64,000 bases of DNA from Nitrospirota bacterium (GCA_963790025.1 CAWBMP010000004.1:160001-224000), one strand, 5' to 3'; numbered from the stretch's first letter, positions 43,516 to 51,809 are shown. Numbers and translations: made by a program. Notes: generated from the sequence alone by a model not told the origin.

Positions 43516-45197
43516 TGAAGCGGCGGTCTCCTGCGAAGTGCCTGATCGAGCTGGTCGTCCCTTTCGTATATGTCATTCCTGAACTGAAGAATACCCTCCT
43601 CATCAACCCAGGCTGTAAGATAAAGAAAATGTACATTTATCGGGTGAGAAATCAGGACGGTTTTCTCTGTAACATTCTGTAAAGCAGCCAATAATTTTTC
43701 CTGAGTCCACCGGGGATCGTCCCGCAACAGATACTCTGCCAGCTCGATAGGTTTTTCAATCCGGGTGCAACCGTGACTGAATGTACGTACATTCGCCGAA
43801 AACAGCTGTTTGGCCGGAGTGTCGTGGAGGTAAACATCGAATTGATTGGGAAACATAAATTTAATACGGCCAAGGGGGTTCAGTAGGCCGGGCTCCTGGC
43901 GGAACCTGTATATCAGATTTGTTTCGGTGATCTTCGGCCAGTTTACTGTCCCCGGGGATATTACATCTTCGCGGTGTCCCCAGCCCCTTAACACCTTGAT
44001 CTTTTGCTCAATAAGATAACTGGGATCGTGTTTGATCTTTTTCAGTATCTCTTTCCGTGCTATGCTGTCCGGAATGTTCCACGCAGGATTTAAAATGAGG
44101 GAAGTCATCTTTGCACTAAAAATTGGGGTGCGCTGGTAACGCTTCCCAACCACTACTTTCATGGAGAGAATTGACTTTCCGTTTTCGATGACATCAAGTT
44201 GAAAATTCGCGATATTGACAAAGATCAACCGCTGGTCCGCATTTCCCTGTATCCAGCGCAGTCTTTCCATATTCAATTCCATTTGTCGTATCCGTTGCTT
44301 TAACGGAACGTTGAGTGCATCGAGAGTAACGGGTCCTACAGCACCGTCGGGGTCAAGCCCGTGGCGTTTCTGGAATAAGATTACCGACTGCTGGAGTTTC
44401 TCATCAAACCGGTCGCTTCCGTTCGTCTCACTAGTCTCCGAATCACCTGAAGCGGCAAGCCTTTTTCTCAGTTCAACAACCCTGTCCGACATGGAACCCT
44501 TTTTCAGGACCGGACCATTTGAAACAAGCGGCCACGGACCCTTTGTTGAAAGTTCCCTGTACAGCGCGAGGGCCTTTTTGAGCCTGTTATACGAGCCACG
44601 CGTCGGGCGGAGCCTAATCAGGGCCTCTCTTATCTGCTTTTTTGCAAGTGCCTGGGCCAGGACAGAGGCAACATCCACATTTGCACGTTTTGCAAACCAT
44701 TCCGTTTCAATAGTCACAGGATCCACGCAACCGCCCGACAGGTGACAACCGAGAGAGAGAAATGTATCCGTGAGGAGTATATCAAGATCGCCCAGTAATG
44801 CCGGGTCGGCAAATAACGCGCTCTCTGCCTTAGCGACAAGAGATTTAATGGCTGAAAGATGATAATAATCAGGAGTGAGACCATCACCGTAGGCTTCCTC
44901 CACGGCCTTAATGAGTGTATCTACCTGCATCAGATAACCATTTTGGCTCCATGCAGGCTCGTAGTTTCTTGTCTTATAGAAGCTTTGGATTAGAACGGCA
45001 GCGTATATTTGCTCGCCCTCGATTACTATTTTTGAGGGGGCCTTCCAGTTGGTCACCCTATTTTTTATCAGCAGTCCGAGTTCTTGATCCGGTACCTGCA
45101 CATTCGAATCGCTTGCCGACAAAACATTGTGAGGGCGAAAAAAAACAACTATTAGAAGTAGAACAATAATTCCCTTACCTATCCGTAAAGTTTGCAT
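43512..45197 (-). CDS. L,D-transpeptidase (YcbB/LdtD-like) with peptidoglycan-binding domain
   Basis: FQKRHGL..DG.VG; VNIA; NPLGRIKF; YLHDTP; SHGCTR. Confidence 0.92.
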   Translation of the reverse strand: MQTLRIGKGIIVLLLIVVFFRPHNVLSASDSNVQVPDQELGLLIKNRVTNWKAPSKIVIEGEQIYAAVLIQSFYKTRNYEPAWSQNGYLMQVDTLIKAVEEAYGDGLTPDYYHLSAIKSLVAKAESALFADPALLGDLDILLTDTFLSLGCHLSGGCVDPVTIETEWFAKRANVDVASVLAQALAKKQIREALIRLRPTRGSYNRLKKALALYRELSTKGPWPLVSNGPVLKKGSMSDRVVELRKRLAASGDSETSETNGSDRFDEKLQQSVILFQKRHGLDPDGAVGPVTLDALNVPLKQRIRQMELNMERLRWIQGNADQRLIFVNIANFQLDVIENGKSILSMKVVVGKRYQRTPIFSAKMTSLILNPAWNIPDSIARKEILKKIKHDPSYLIEQKIKVLRGWGHREDVISPGTVNWPKITETNLIYRFRQEPGLLNPLGRIKFMFPNQFDVYLHDTPAKQLFSANVRTFSHGCTRIEKPIELAEYLLRDDPRWTQEKLLAALQNVTEKTVLISHPINVHFLYLTAWVDEEGILQFRNDIYERDDQLDQALRRRPPLQ

Positions 45198-45230
45198 CCT
45201 TTATTCTACCAAATCCGGGATTTATTACAA

Positions 45231-45284
45231 AAATAGGGACAGCGACCATTTTTGATATTACAAAAAAGGTCGCTGTCCCTATTT
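45231..45284. terminator. 17-bp perfect inverted repeat; terminator for the 45337..45513 gene or a REP-like palindrome
   Basis: AAATAGGGACAGCGACC (45231-47) / GGTCGCTGTCCCTATTT (45268-84), with extra TTTTTG/CAAAAA pairing inside. Confidence 0.7.
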
Positions 45285-45336
45285 ATTTTCTTCTATTTCT
45301 TTGTTTACCTGTTGGCCGAAATCACATTTGTACAGC

Positions 45337-45513
45337 TCACTTCTGAGGAGCCTGCGCCGCAGCCTGTTGTGCTGCTTTCGCAGCGTCGCTAACCTGCACA
45401 GTGTCATCAGGGGGCGGCATCGGTTTAGATTCTGTTTCCTTTGGTTTCGCTGGTGCTGGTGCGGGTGGGGCCGCCTGCTGGACTTGAGTTGGACTTGATA
45501 CATTAGTAACCAT
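45337..45513 (-). CDS. 58-aa Pro/Ala/Gln-rich protein with an FlgM-like DxVxxSxAAK motif
   Basis: MVTNVSSPTQVQQAAPPAPAPAKPKETESKPMPPPDDTVQVSDAAKAAQQAAAQAPQK; GGAGG RBS; sigma28 promoter upstream. Confidence 0.75.
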   Translation of the reverse strand: MVTNVSSPTQVQQAAPPAPAPAKPKETESKPMPPPDDTVQVSDAAKAAQQAAAQAPQK

Positions 45514-45554
45514 ATTGGACCTCCGTAGTTTGGCGTAATAATCCTTAATATTAT

Positions 45555-45581
45555 TTATCGGAAGAATGATCAAAAACTTGA
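45555..45581 (-). promoter_or_regulatory. Sigma28 (FliA) promoter
   Basis: TCAAGTTT-N11-TCCGATAA versus consensus TAAAGTTT-N11-GCCGATAA (7/8 and 7/8, exact spacing). Confidence 0.8.
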
Positions 45582-45716
45582 GGGGAAGCCCTAACCTCTT
45601 GTTTTGCCATCTTATAATCATCCAGGACTTTTCCATTCGCTCCTCAAAAGTGCTGTTGAAGTCTTAACGTATATTTTCCGAGCTATTCAAAATCTGTTCA
45701 TGCTGATATTGAATGA

Positions 45717-45751
45717 AAAGAAAGAATAGGCACGAGGGGTTTCGAACCCCT
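45717..45751. repeat. att direct repeat: displaced 3' end of tRNA-Val
   Basis: 35 bp AAAGAAAGAATAGGCACGAGGGGTTTCGAACCCCT, identical to 50281-50315. Confidence 0.92.
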
Positions 45752-45774
45752 TTGATAGCTCCGCAAATCAAATA

Positions 45775-45803
45775 TTGCAATCATATTTATAATATCGTAC
45801 TAT
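45775..45803 (+). promoter_or_regulatory. Sigma70-like promoter of the RHH gene
   Basis: TTGCAA-N17-TACTAT. Confidence 0.55.
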
Positions 45804-45828
45804 TGTAATATGATAACGGAGGATCGGA

Positions 45829-45993
45829 ATGGTTAAAGCGAAGGACGACGTTAAGAGAGAAAGTTACTCAGTGAGATTGAATCCTGATTTGATACAAAAG
45901 GTAAAGCACATCGCGGTCGATGAAAAGAAAACCGTAAGCCGGGTAATTGAAGAAGGGATAGCCTTACTTCTCAAAAGTAAAAAGGCAGAATAA
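45829..45993 (+). CDS. Ribbon-helix-helix DNA-binding protein (54 aa), absent from the ORF track
   Basis: MVKAKDDVKRESYSVRLNPDLIQKVKHIAVDEKKTVSRVIEEGIALLLKSKKAE; GGAGG RBS. Confidence 0.8.
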   Translation: MVKAKDDVKRESYSVRLNPDLIQKVKHIAVDEKKTVSRVIEEGIALLLKSKKAE

Positions 45994-46010
45994 GCTCGGA
46001 GGTTGGCCTT

Positions 46011-46340
46011 ATGGGGATGGAAGCAGGCGGCTGGATTGAAAAAAGAATTAATCCCAGGATACCTGCATCAGGTGAAGTATTGTTCAGGGCACATTGGATA
46101 TCCGACTTTTACGGAAGCAATCTCTCTTTAAGCACATACTTACATGCCGACCTGATAGACACGAGCATCGATGGTATGCGCATAAAGACATCTTTCCCCC
46201 TAAACAAAAAAGACGTGTTGGAACGCGTCTCGCAATATACCGATTCTCTTAGACAGACAGAACTGGTGAAATGGGTGGAAAAAATAGATGATTGCTATTG
46301 CGCAGGCCTCCAGTCTGTGCGTGAATTGAGCAAGCTGTGA
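46011..46340 (+). CDS. PilZ-domain protein; stop codon supplied by the MITE
   Basis: RINPR (RxxxR) and DTSIDG (DxSxxG); GGAGGT RBS. Confidence 0.75.
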   Translation: MGMEAGGWIEKRINPRIPASGEVLFRAHWISDFYGSNLSLSTYLHADLIDTSIDGMRIKTSFPLNKKDVLERVSQYTDSLRQTELVKWVEKIDDCYCAGLQSVRELSKL

Positions 46341-46498
46341 ATCGGCATCGAATATTGACCCGGCATCGGCGTCGAATTGTGACCCGCATATCGTAAATAT
46401 AACAGCCAGAATAACAAGCAGTTAATGGATATAGAAGCGGGTCAAGTTTGAATGCCGATATAGCTTAAAAGTGGGTCAAATGGCTGTGCCAATTCACA
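46336..46498. mobile_element. 163-bp IS21-type MITE, copy 1
   Basis: TG...CA termini; TGTGAATCGGCA-N7-TTGACCC ends, each with a second internal repeat; 160/163 identical to 48999-49161. Confidence 0.8.
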
Positions 46499-46753
46499 AA
46501 AAAGGCCATAAAGGCAGTAGAGGAAGTGACAGGCGTACTTTGGGATGAGATAAGCTCCCGAAGCAGGAGCAAGGAAGTAATATTTGCGCGAGGATTATTA
46601 GTTGGGGTATGGAGAGAGGCGGGGCATCGGATAGTGAACTTACAGCCCCAACTGAGGAGGGACTTATCAGTGCTTTCAAGATTGTCAAAAATCGCAGAGA
46701 GTGAAAGAGGACGAAAAGCCATGAAACAAATATTTCACATGCTAAATGCATGA
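46499..46753 (+). pseudogene. 5'-truncated helical fragment, probably the DnaA-C/TrpR-like HTH tail of a REP-associated (Y1) transposase
   Basis: KKAIKAVEEVTGVLWDEISSRSRSKEVIFARGLLV...RDLSVLSR; frame open right up to the MITE end; followed by GCCTGA|CCCC. Confidence 0.55.
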
Positions 46754-46797
46754 ACGCAAGCCTGAACATCCCGCTGGAATTTTCAATATATTTTTTC

Positions 46798-47997
46798 TTA
46801 TTTAGATAAGATGTACCCTCTGTTCTCCTTCAGCATCTTGAAAATAACACGGCAAAGATGACGACCAAGCGCACGTAGTGCCTGGTTATGTTTCTTGCCT
46901 TCAGCTCTTTTTTTCTCATAATATTGTTGAGACTGCGGAACTTGTTTTCGGTGCCGATCTACGGCAACCATCATTGCGGCCTTAGCCCGAGTATTAACCT
47001 GCGTTGGTGGTTTTGATCCTTTTTGCTTGCCTGAACTATTGTCAAGATTCGCCATCCCAATATACAGAGCCAGACTTGCTTCGCTGCCAAAGCGCTCGAT
47101 AGTTCCAATCTCTCCGGCGAGTTCAGATGTACAAATGGAACCGAATCCTGGAATGGTTGCGAGCGTTTGCGCAATATCCGAGCCGTGTGCAACACCCTCC
47201 ATCTTTGCTTCAAGTGATTTTATCTTGGCATGGAGTTCCATCACGCGGATTGCATCTTCCTGGATCATTTCACCGACCCACTCGACGTCGTGACTAAACT
47301 GTGCTGTTTTCTGCCATTCAACAATAACAGAGGCATATTTCTTACCAATGCCCGGGATCTTGCGGATAGTTGTTTCCCGCATGCGTGCAAGCGTGCGAAG
47401 GTCATCCGTGCTGGTCAGAAATCCAAGAAACCACATATTGTCGGCCTCACCGGTAATCTCCAGAAGTCCCGGACATACAGCGTGAAGATCGGCCTGTAGG
47501 TTGTTTACTACCCGTACTCGCTCATCGACCAAACGACGCCGGCGCCGTGATAGCCGCTTTAGAATGTCGTTGTCCCGCGGCGTTTTGCGTACCTCCTGCA
47601 GCACATCCTTGGCTATCGGCAGATGATCTCGAAGCTGAAAAAGCTCCAGTCCTTTCCTTGCGTCGATTGCATCGGTCTTCGCGGCACCGGGGAATATCTC
47701 CTTGAATCGAGCAAGCTTGAGATTGTTGATATTGAAGAGGCGATAATTGCGGGCTCGAACGAGCGTGTCCAGCGGACGTGCGTAGCCGTTGAAGCCCTCC
47801 ATTGCTACGGCAACGGGACAACTAAACCTTTGCTCCTGCTTCTCGATGCGACAGAAGAATTGCCGGAACCCTTCAGGTTCATGCACGATTGAGAATTCAT
47901 CGAGGACTTCACCGCTGGATAGGCCGATTGCAACGTTGTGACTGCGGCAGCCAATATCGACGCTTACACGCAGTTCGAGGGGATCATCTTTTTTCAT
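46798..47997 (-). CDS. IS110 family DEDD transposase / bridge recombinase
   Basis: VSVDIG, AMEG, KTDAIDA (DEDD); TIPGFG, EIGTIERF, NSSGK (catalytic Ser region), ALGRHL; AAGGAG RBS. Confidence 0.95.
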   Translation of the reverse strand: MKKDDPLELRVSVDIGCRSHNVAIGLSSGEVLDEFSIVHEPEGFRQFFCRIEKQEQRFSCPVAVAMEGFNGYARPLDTLVRARNYRLFNINNLKLARFKEIFPGAAKTDAIDARKGLELFQLRDHLPIAKDVLQEVRKTPRDNDILKRLSRRRRRLVDERVRVVNNLQADLHAVCPGLLEITGEADNMWFLGFLTSTDDLRTLARMRETTIRKIPGIGKKYASVIVEWQKTAQFSHDVEWVGEMIQEDAIRVMELHAKIKSLEAKMEGVAHGSDIAQTLATIPGFGSICTSELAGEIGTIERFGSEASLALYIGMANLDNSSGKQKGSKPPTQVNTRAKAAMMVAVDRHRKQVPQSQQYYEKKRAEGKKHNQALRALGRHLCRVIFKMLKENRGYILSK

Positions 47998-48021
47998 GTA
48001 GTCTCCTTTGCAGACAAGATT

Positions 48022-48213
48022 ATCATCCTCAGGTCTCGTCTACTTACAGAGCCACATTTGGCACCATCCCGGTCGACCCTTTTGAGGATGATGCAGATGA
48101 CGGAGGCGGCATTTCAGACTCAAGTGAGCCTGAATGAACAGGCCACTGACCCCACAAGCCACACCCCCGTTAAGCATATCTTACATGAATAAAGCTGCCA
48201 TAGTCATCTGCAT
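48022..48213 (-). ncRNA. Predicted IS110 bridge RNA (target-binding and donor-binding loops)
   Basis: Two internal-loop hairpins whose unpaired segments match the insertion site (UGGGGUCAG; AGUCUGA) and the end junction (CGGGAUG; GUAGA). Confidence 0.8.
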
Positions 48214-48315
48214 AAATCCTATGGTAGACCCCATTGTTTCCTTATTCTGAACTATTCGGAATTATAGCAGAATGCCATTTGAACAACTACAACAAGTAAT
48301 CTGAAATTATAGTCA

Positions 48316-48597
48316 CTACTTCGTTGCACCATGCAATTCTTCATCTACCTTCTCAGTCAGGAACATTTTCAGGAGCGATTGGTAAGGAACATCTCTCTTG
48401 TTCGCGAGCACCTTAAGATGCTCAATAAGCGATTCAGGCAGACGAATCGAGATTGTCTTAGTAGATGGCTTTAAGTTCGGAAAAGCGACCCGCTTTGCCT
48501 TTGTATAGTCAATGTACTCAGTAGAATCATGAGTCGCCCAAAAATTGACTTCTTCTGCTTCGCTTTTAAACTTCGGTATCTTCTTGAATTTGCTCAT
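48316..48597 (-). CDS. brnA: BrnA/CopG family antitoxin
   Basis: IPKFKSEAEE..FWATHD, TKTISIRLP, VPYQSLLK; overlaps the toxin gene. Confidence 0.88.
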   Translation of the reverse strand: MSKFKKIPKFKSEAEEVNFWATHDSTEYIDYTKAKRVAFPNLKPSTKTISIRLPESLIEHLKVLANKRDVPYQSLLKMFLTEKVDEELHGATK

Positions 48598-48889
48598 ATA
48601 CTCTTCTCTCCCTGCGGTTCATATCACGCGCCGAAATTATTCTTATCTTGGCTCCCCTCACTGTAAAAACAATGAAAAGTAATCTTCCGGTATCCGTTCT
48701 CCCTAAAACAAAGTATCGGTCTTCACCAATTGAATGTGACGCATCTTTCTTTACGATAATCGGATCGTTAAAGAATATCTCTTCGCATTCAACATGAGAG
48801 ACCCGATGTTTCTCCCAATTCTTCTTGATATTGCCCTCGTCCCATTCAAACCCTTCGAGTGAACCCAATATGTCGGACCAATCTTTCAT
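48566..48889 (-). CDS. brnT: BrnT family toxin
   Basis: GFEWDEGN..KNWEKH, EDRY..LG, IRIISARDM; ATG 48889. Confidence 0.92.
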   Translation of the reverse strand: MKDWSDILGSLEGFEWDEGNIKKNWEKHRVSHVECEEIFFNDPIIVKKDASHSIGEDRYFVLGRTDTGRLLFIVFTVRGAKIRIISARDMNRRERRVYEQIQEDTEV

Positions 48890-48998
48890 ATAGTATATTA
48901 TCAATATATACAAATAAGTTTTCCTTGTCAATTCTGTTACTCCTTATTTGCGACACCTGAAGATTTGAATCATAAAATATAGTCATGCAAACCCCGGC

Positions 48999-49161
48999 TG
49001 TGAATCGGCATCGAATATTGACCCGGCATCGGCGTCGAATTGTGACCCGCATATCGTAAATATAACAGCCAGAATAACAAGCAGTTAATGGATATAGAAG
49101 CGGGTCAACTTTGAATGCCGGTATAGCTTAAAAGTGGGTCAAATGGCTGTGCCGATTCACA
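48999..49161. mobile_element. 163-bp IS21-type MITE, copy 2 (same orientation as copy 1)
   Basis: Perfect 12-bp terminal IR TGTGAATCGGCA/TGCCGATTCACA; three substitutions versus copy 1. Confidence 0.8.
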
Positions 49162-49299
49162 ATCGGCCACTGTGATCAAACAATTTCTAATCGTAATCTA
49201 CTTTACAACTGTCTATCAATGGAAGCTTACGATATGGTATCTAAGTTAATCCAGGAATGAATCTGAACTGACGCAATAATAATCGTGTATAATAATTTC

Positions 49300-49809
49300 A
49301 TGCCGAAGGGAAAAAGTATGTACGAAGAACTGCTGACAGTTCTAAACCGCCAGAAGGTTAGATATTTAGTTGTCGGCGGAGTGGCTGTGAATTTGTATGG
49401 GATTGAGAGGATGACGGGCGATTTCGATATTATCATTGAAATGTCTCCGGCTAACTTAGAGAGGTTCTTGGATGCTGCTCAACTGCTTAAGCTAAAGCCC
49501 TCCATCCCGGTTAAGTACAAGGATATCACCCTCGAATCGATAGCTAAGTGGCGTCGGGAGAAGGACATGATCGCACTTCGTTTAATCCATTCCCAAAACC
49601 AGATGCTTATTCTTGACCTTGTGTTCGACGATACGGTTTCGTTTGAGGAGGCCTTCAGCCTACGAGAAACATTTCGTATCGGGCACATCTCGTTTCCTGT
49701 TATGTCTATCAACGACCTTATTAAGATGAAACAGGGAGTGGCAAGAGAACAGGATATCGCGGACGTCTATCATCTGAAACGCCGAAGGGATGTTGATAGT
49801 GACAGGTAA
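49300..49809 (+). CDS. Pol-beta-superfamily nucleotidyltransferase (DUF6036/AbiEii-like)
   Basis: VVGGVAVNLYG..RMTGDFD; DLIKMK...REQDIAD; start at ATG 49300 or 49318. Confidence 0.8.
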   Translation: MPKGKSMYEELLTVLNRQKVRYLVVGGVAVNLYGIERMTGDFDIIIEMSPANLERFLDAAQLLKLKPSIPVKYKDITLESIAKWRREKDMIALRLIHSQNQMLILDLVFDDTVSFEEAFSLRETFRIGHISFPVMSINDLIKMKQGVAREQDIADVYHLKRRRDVDSDR

Positions 49810-49975
49810 GTTACTTATCTATTACCGTTCAGCAGAGCAAATAGCAAGCTATCAGAAAGTCCCAGTCCGGACAAAATTTCTTATGCTTGAGGAGGCCGCT
49901 AAATTCTTCACAAAAGTTAAGCGAGCGCGGAAACGACAATCCAGTCGAACAATCTCACCATTCCGCAACAAATAA
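49790..49975 (+). CDS. Small basic hypothetical protein, partner of the nucleotidyltransferase
   Basis: 61 aa, overlaps the NTase stop; YYRSAEQIASY...LEEAAKFF. Confidence 0.5.
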   Translation: MLIVTGKLLIYYRSAEQIASYQKVPVRTKFLMLEEAAKFFTKVKRARKRQSSRTISPFRNK

Positions 49976-50290
49976 AAAATACCCGCGCGTGGACCGAAAG
50001 TCAATTGTGAGCATTTCCGGTTATACTCTATCGCATATGCAGGTCAACCTCTGGTGCGGTGTGCTGTGAGGACTCTGCCCTGAGGAACAATTTCACTTTA
50101 CGCTTTAACCATCGAGCAAGGAATGCAATTGAATTTTAAAATTTACTGACGGTTTTGGAGATGCCCCTTTCAAATGGTCATTCGATGGTAGCATGTTATT
50201 GATAAATCAGGATAATCATAAGTGGAAAAAAGACCCGGAACGGTTACTGCTGAGTGATATAACTCATTAATAAATAAAAGAAAGAAAGAA

Positions 50291-50362
<72 letters not shown>

Positions 50363-50444
50363 GATTGGAAGTCAGGCTTTTAATTTAACTAAAAGAACCA
50401 CATTTTTTCAAGGGCACAGGCTGCAAAAACTCAAACCCAACGCT

Positions 50445-51809
50445 TCAACGTTCAATCAGCTTTCGAGAAAGGTCACGGGCGAAATCCGCAAGGGTCTCGT
50501 CACGCGCGCCCATGATTGCATAACTGTCCCATTCAAAAGACCGCCTTAATATAATTTCCCTGCTCTCTGCCACCTCTACGGATTTCCCACGCTGGCGTAT
50601 GCCCACGGCAAGGTCATTGCTCGATATGTCTTTGCTCACGGTCCCGCCGGCATAAAAGATTGGCAGCAGTATAAGATGGTCCCCGGAGCGGAGATTTTCA
50701 GCAAAAGCCCCTATATACTCTGTCTTCATCATACGCGTCGGCGCAAATCCGTGAGGCTGGAATATATAGCAGATACGCTCGCGCACTTTCTGAACGGTAC
50801 CCATAAAAGATACTATCTTATGCGGGTTGTGCGCATAATCGTCAATAACAAGCCGCCTTCCGTCATCAAGATGTATATCAAACCGCCGTTCGATGCCGCT
50901 GAATTCAACCAGAGCGCCGGCGATATCCTGAGATGAAATGCCGCTTTCCCTGAGCAGCGCGATGCAGGAAAGTGCATTGTAAAGATTATATTTCCCCGGA
51001 ATGGAGAGTCTGAAATCAGTCCCGTTCAGCGAGAAGGTTGTGCTGAAAGGCCGCAAATCAACAGCTTCAGCACGGTATGCGGAAGGGGTCCCGATGGAGA
51101 AACATATCGCATGCCGTATGGGAATTTGCATTAGATACACGTCATCAGCGTTTATTACATTCATACCGGAGGTATTTCCGCCAAGGGCTTCGAACATTGC
51201 CGAGGTCTTTTCCACTGAATGGTGGTCCAGATCAAGATTCAATATTATCGAATGCTCAGGTCTATAATTTATTATTGTCCCGTCAGATTCGCATGCTTCT
51301 ATTATGAGGCGTTCCGAGTCCCCTGTAATTGCATTGCCGGGGTTATGCTCTGTCCTGAACTGTTTCACCCTTCCGCCGCCTATGAAATTCGGTCGCAGCC
51401 CGAGGCGCTGCATGATAAATGCAAGCATTCCCGCAGTGGTCGATTTCCCGCTGGTCCCTGCAACTGCTATGGTATTGTATTCGGTTATCAGTCTTGCAAG
51501 GTATTCAGGCCTTGTTTCTATCGGGATGCCGAGAAGTTTTGCTTTAATCACTTCGGGCCGATCAGCTTCCACAGCAGTGCTGAAAACGGCAAAATCAAAG
51601 GAGCTGTCGATGCCGCTGCCGTCCTGGGGAACTATGGCGATATTTTTTGCTTTCAGGAGTTGACAGACCGGATGTGCCGGATTACTGTCAAAAGACCTGT
51701 CGGAGCCGACTACTATATGGCCTTTCTCAGCCATGAAACTCGCAATCGCTGAAACACCGCTGCCGCCGATGCCGGAGAAGAATATTTTTAAAGGCCTGTT
51801 TTCCATCAT
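50445..51809 (-). CDS. MurC/Mpl-like Mur ligase
   Basis: GIGGSG, AVAGTSGKSTT, EACESD, RRF, DDYAHNP, FQPH. Confidence 0.88.
   Translation of the reverse strand: MMENRPLKIFFSGIGGSGVSAIASFMAEKGHIVVGSDRSFDSNPAHPVCQLLKAKNIAIVPQDGSGIDSSFDFAVFSTAVEADRPEVIKAKLLGIPIETRPEYLARLITEYNTIAVAGTSGKSTTAGMLAFIMQRLGLRPNFIGGGRVKQFRTEHNPGNAITGDSERLIIEACESDGTIINYRPEHSIILNLDLDHHSVEKTSAMFEALGGNTSGMNVINADDVYLMQIPIRHAICFSIGTPSAYRAEAVDLRPFSTTFSLNGTDFRLSIPGKYNLYNALSCIALLRESGISSQDIAGALVEFSGIERRFDIHLDDGRRLVIDDYAHNPHKIVSFMGTVQKVRERICYIFQPHGFAPTRMMKTEYIGAFAENLRSGDHLILLPIFYAGGTVSKDISSNDLAVGIRQRGKSVEVAESREIILRRSFEWDSYAIMGARDETLADFARDLSRKLIER

Larger units (their letters stand above)
46764..48228 (-). mobile_element. Complete IS110-family element (IS110 subgroup: long upstream non-coding end, short downstream end)
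   Basis: 2-bp core (GA on +, TC on -) at 46764-65 and 48227-28; removal restores GCAAGCCTGACCCCATTG; joining the ends creates TTGAAA-N17-TACCAT. Confidence 0.85.

Noticed and set aside
45337..45636. 99-aa version of the small protein given in the ORF track
   Set aside because: The RBS and sigma28 promoter lie inside the extension, so the start is 45513.
45727..45751. Second tRNA gene
   Set aside because: Only the T-arm and 3' acceptor strand are present; it is the att duplicate.
47889..48192. Plus-strand ORFs over the IS110 left end
   Set aside because: They are antisense to the transposase and predicted RNA and have no protein motifs.
46336..49161. CRISPR array or target-site duplications around the 163-bp repeats
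   Set aside because: Only two long copies and no repeat-spacer pattern; the flanks (CAAGC/AAAAA and CCGGC/ATCGG) give no exact duplication.
49976..50280. Integrase remnant next to the tRNA
   Set aside because: No ORF with tyrosine or serine recombinase motifs could be read.
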